Source of the DNA: Calditrichia bacterium
GTDB taxonomy: Bacteria > Calditrichota > Calditrichia > JAJRVZ01
Length of the DNA: 64,000 nt
Reading direction: 5' to 3'
Assembly: GCA_963777955.1 (NCBI GenBank)
Contig: CAVZSQ010000013.1
Location: 546,956 to 610,955, forward strand
In this document: in pieces, positions 62,666-64,000 of the stretch
Layout: every line of letters starts with the position of its first letter
Position numbering within the stretch: the stretch's first letter is position 1
Notes under the pieces: model-generated
Told to the model about the DNA's origin: nothing
The model's input: the letters and a program-made list of their open reading frames with translations, nothing else
The model's database searches: none
Position numbers and translations under genes: made by a program

Positions 62666-63941
62666 ATGACTATGAACTCTGAAAATGAAATCCAGCGGTT
62701 AAAATTGGCCATTGAAGAATTATCGCTGTTGAATGAACTGGCGATTGCGGCCAGTTCTTCCAGTGATATACAAGAGACATTGAATATCATCATCCAAAAA
62801 TCCATTAAGGCTGTTAAAGCTGAGCAGGGAAGCATCAAATTAATATCCAGCCATTCGGAACGAATGTTGGAAACATTCATACATCAGGAGAATGTCAGTA
62901 AGCGTGGTATACCCTTTAAGGTTGGAGATCATATTATCGGTTGGGTTTTAGCTCATGGCCAACCACTCATTGTTGATAATTTGGCAATTGATCCGCGTTT
63001 TAAGATCACCGCAAAAGAACAACAGGACATCCATACTGTGTTAAGCGTCCCGATCGTATTCGCCGGCAAGATCATGGGGGTATTAACTCTGATAAACAAA
63101 AAAACAAAAGAACCTTTTAATCTGGATGACCAGCGCCTGATGTCTATTCTGGCAGCTCAGGCCGGTCAACTGATACGAAACTCACAGTTACAAGAGGATC
63201 ATATCAAGAAAAAGCAGTTGGAACATGAATTACAGATAGCCCGGCAAATCCAACTAAGTTTACTCCCACGCGAAAATCCAAAAATAGCACAGTTTGAGTT
63301 TGCCAGCCATTTTGAGCCCTTTCAGGATGTAGGGGGAGATTATTACGATTATTTTTCTTTAGATGATAATAAGTTCAGCATGGTTGTCGCGGATGTGTCT
63401 GGACATGGTCCAGCGGCAGCCATGGTGATGACCATGATCAAAGGAATTATGCACTCTTTAAAGCAATATCATTCTGAACCTGATAAAATTCTTTCTGAAC
63501 TGAATAGCAATCTTATCGGACTTGTGCCACGTAATATTTTTATCACCATGACCTTTTTTACATTTGATCTGAATAAAAAAGTAATGAGATTTTCCAACGC
63601 CGGCCACGTTCCCTTTGTATATTATGATCAGAAACAAAATTCCTGCAGGTTGATCGAATTACGCGGTGTTGCTTTGAATCTCTCACGGACATCAACATAT
63701 TTGCTTAAACGAAATTCCTTATCAGCACGGTGATATTTTTCTGATATATTCGGATGGGGTGAATGAAACCAATAATCCGTCTGCAGAATTATTTGGTTAT
63801 GACCGCCTGATTGAATCCGTATATGATTTCAGGAATCATTCAGCACAAGAAATCACTGCGAATCTCAGAACCCGATTACAATCTTTTTCCCAGCAAACTG
63901 CGGCTAGTGATGATATTATACTGATTACTGTCAAGATTTAG
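62666..63941 (+). CDS. GAF domain plus PP2C/SpoIIE (RsbU-like) phosphatase; frameshift near 63705
   Basis: GAF (LSVPI...GVLTLINK), ELQIARQIQ, VGGDYYD, ADVSGHG, NAGH; then YSDG...E and DDI in the next frame. Confidence 0.92.
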
Positions 63942-64000
63942 AATATATAAATATTGTCAAAATGGAAAAAAAAATTAAAAAGGATCTGAGTTCACTGAAT

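Overview
Bacterial accessory region with no rRNA, intact tRNA, CRISPR array, integrase or transposase. Seven secreted proteins end in an 'NYPNPFN'-type C-terminal sorting domain, which suggests an FCB-related lineage such as Calditrichota, KSB1 or Ignavibacteria (inference). Left to right it holds: a partial beta-propeller sensor, a LytS/LytTR operon, two tandem LRR-Ig proteins, DAHP synthase and small accessory genes, a xylan module (2 GH43, LamG, XylR), an RND efflux operon, a ~20 kb chitin/GlcNAc locus with ROK-type operators, a PKS/NRPS-free ACP-FkbH-B12 radical SAM-methyltransferase-carbamoyltransferase-SDR-radical SAM operon, and a Ser/Thr kinase plus GAF-PP2C pair. The most striking non-genic signal is five co-oriented, intergenic copies of a repeat of up to ~75 bp (GCGGGGTGGATGGGGTCCCACAGAACCCTGATGA...; at 12687, 13996, 21013, 48976, 59549). 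Its minus strand ends like a tRNA(Asp-type) 3' end, and the copies divide the window into self-contained modules. This is a candidate tandem array of integrase-less cassettes accreted at a tRNA. Eleven genes carry frameshifts, probably sequencing indels.
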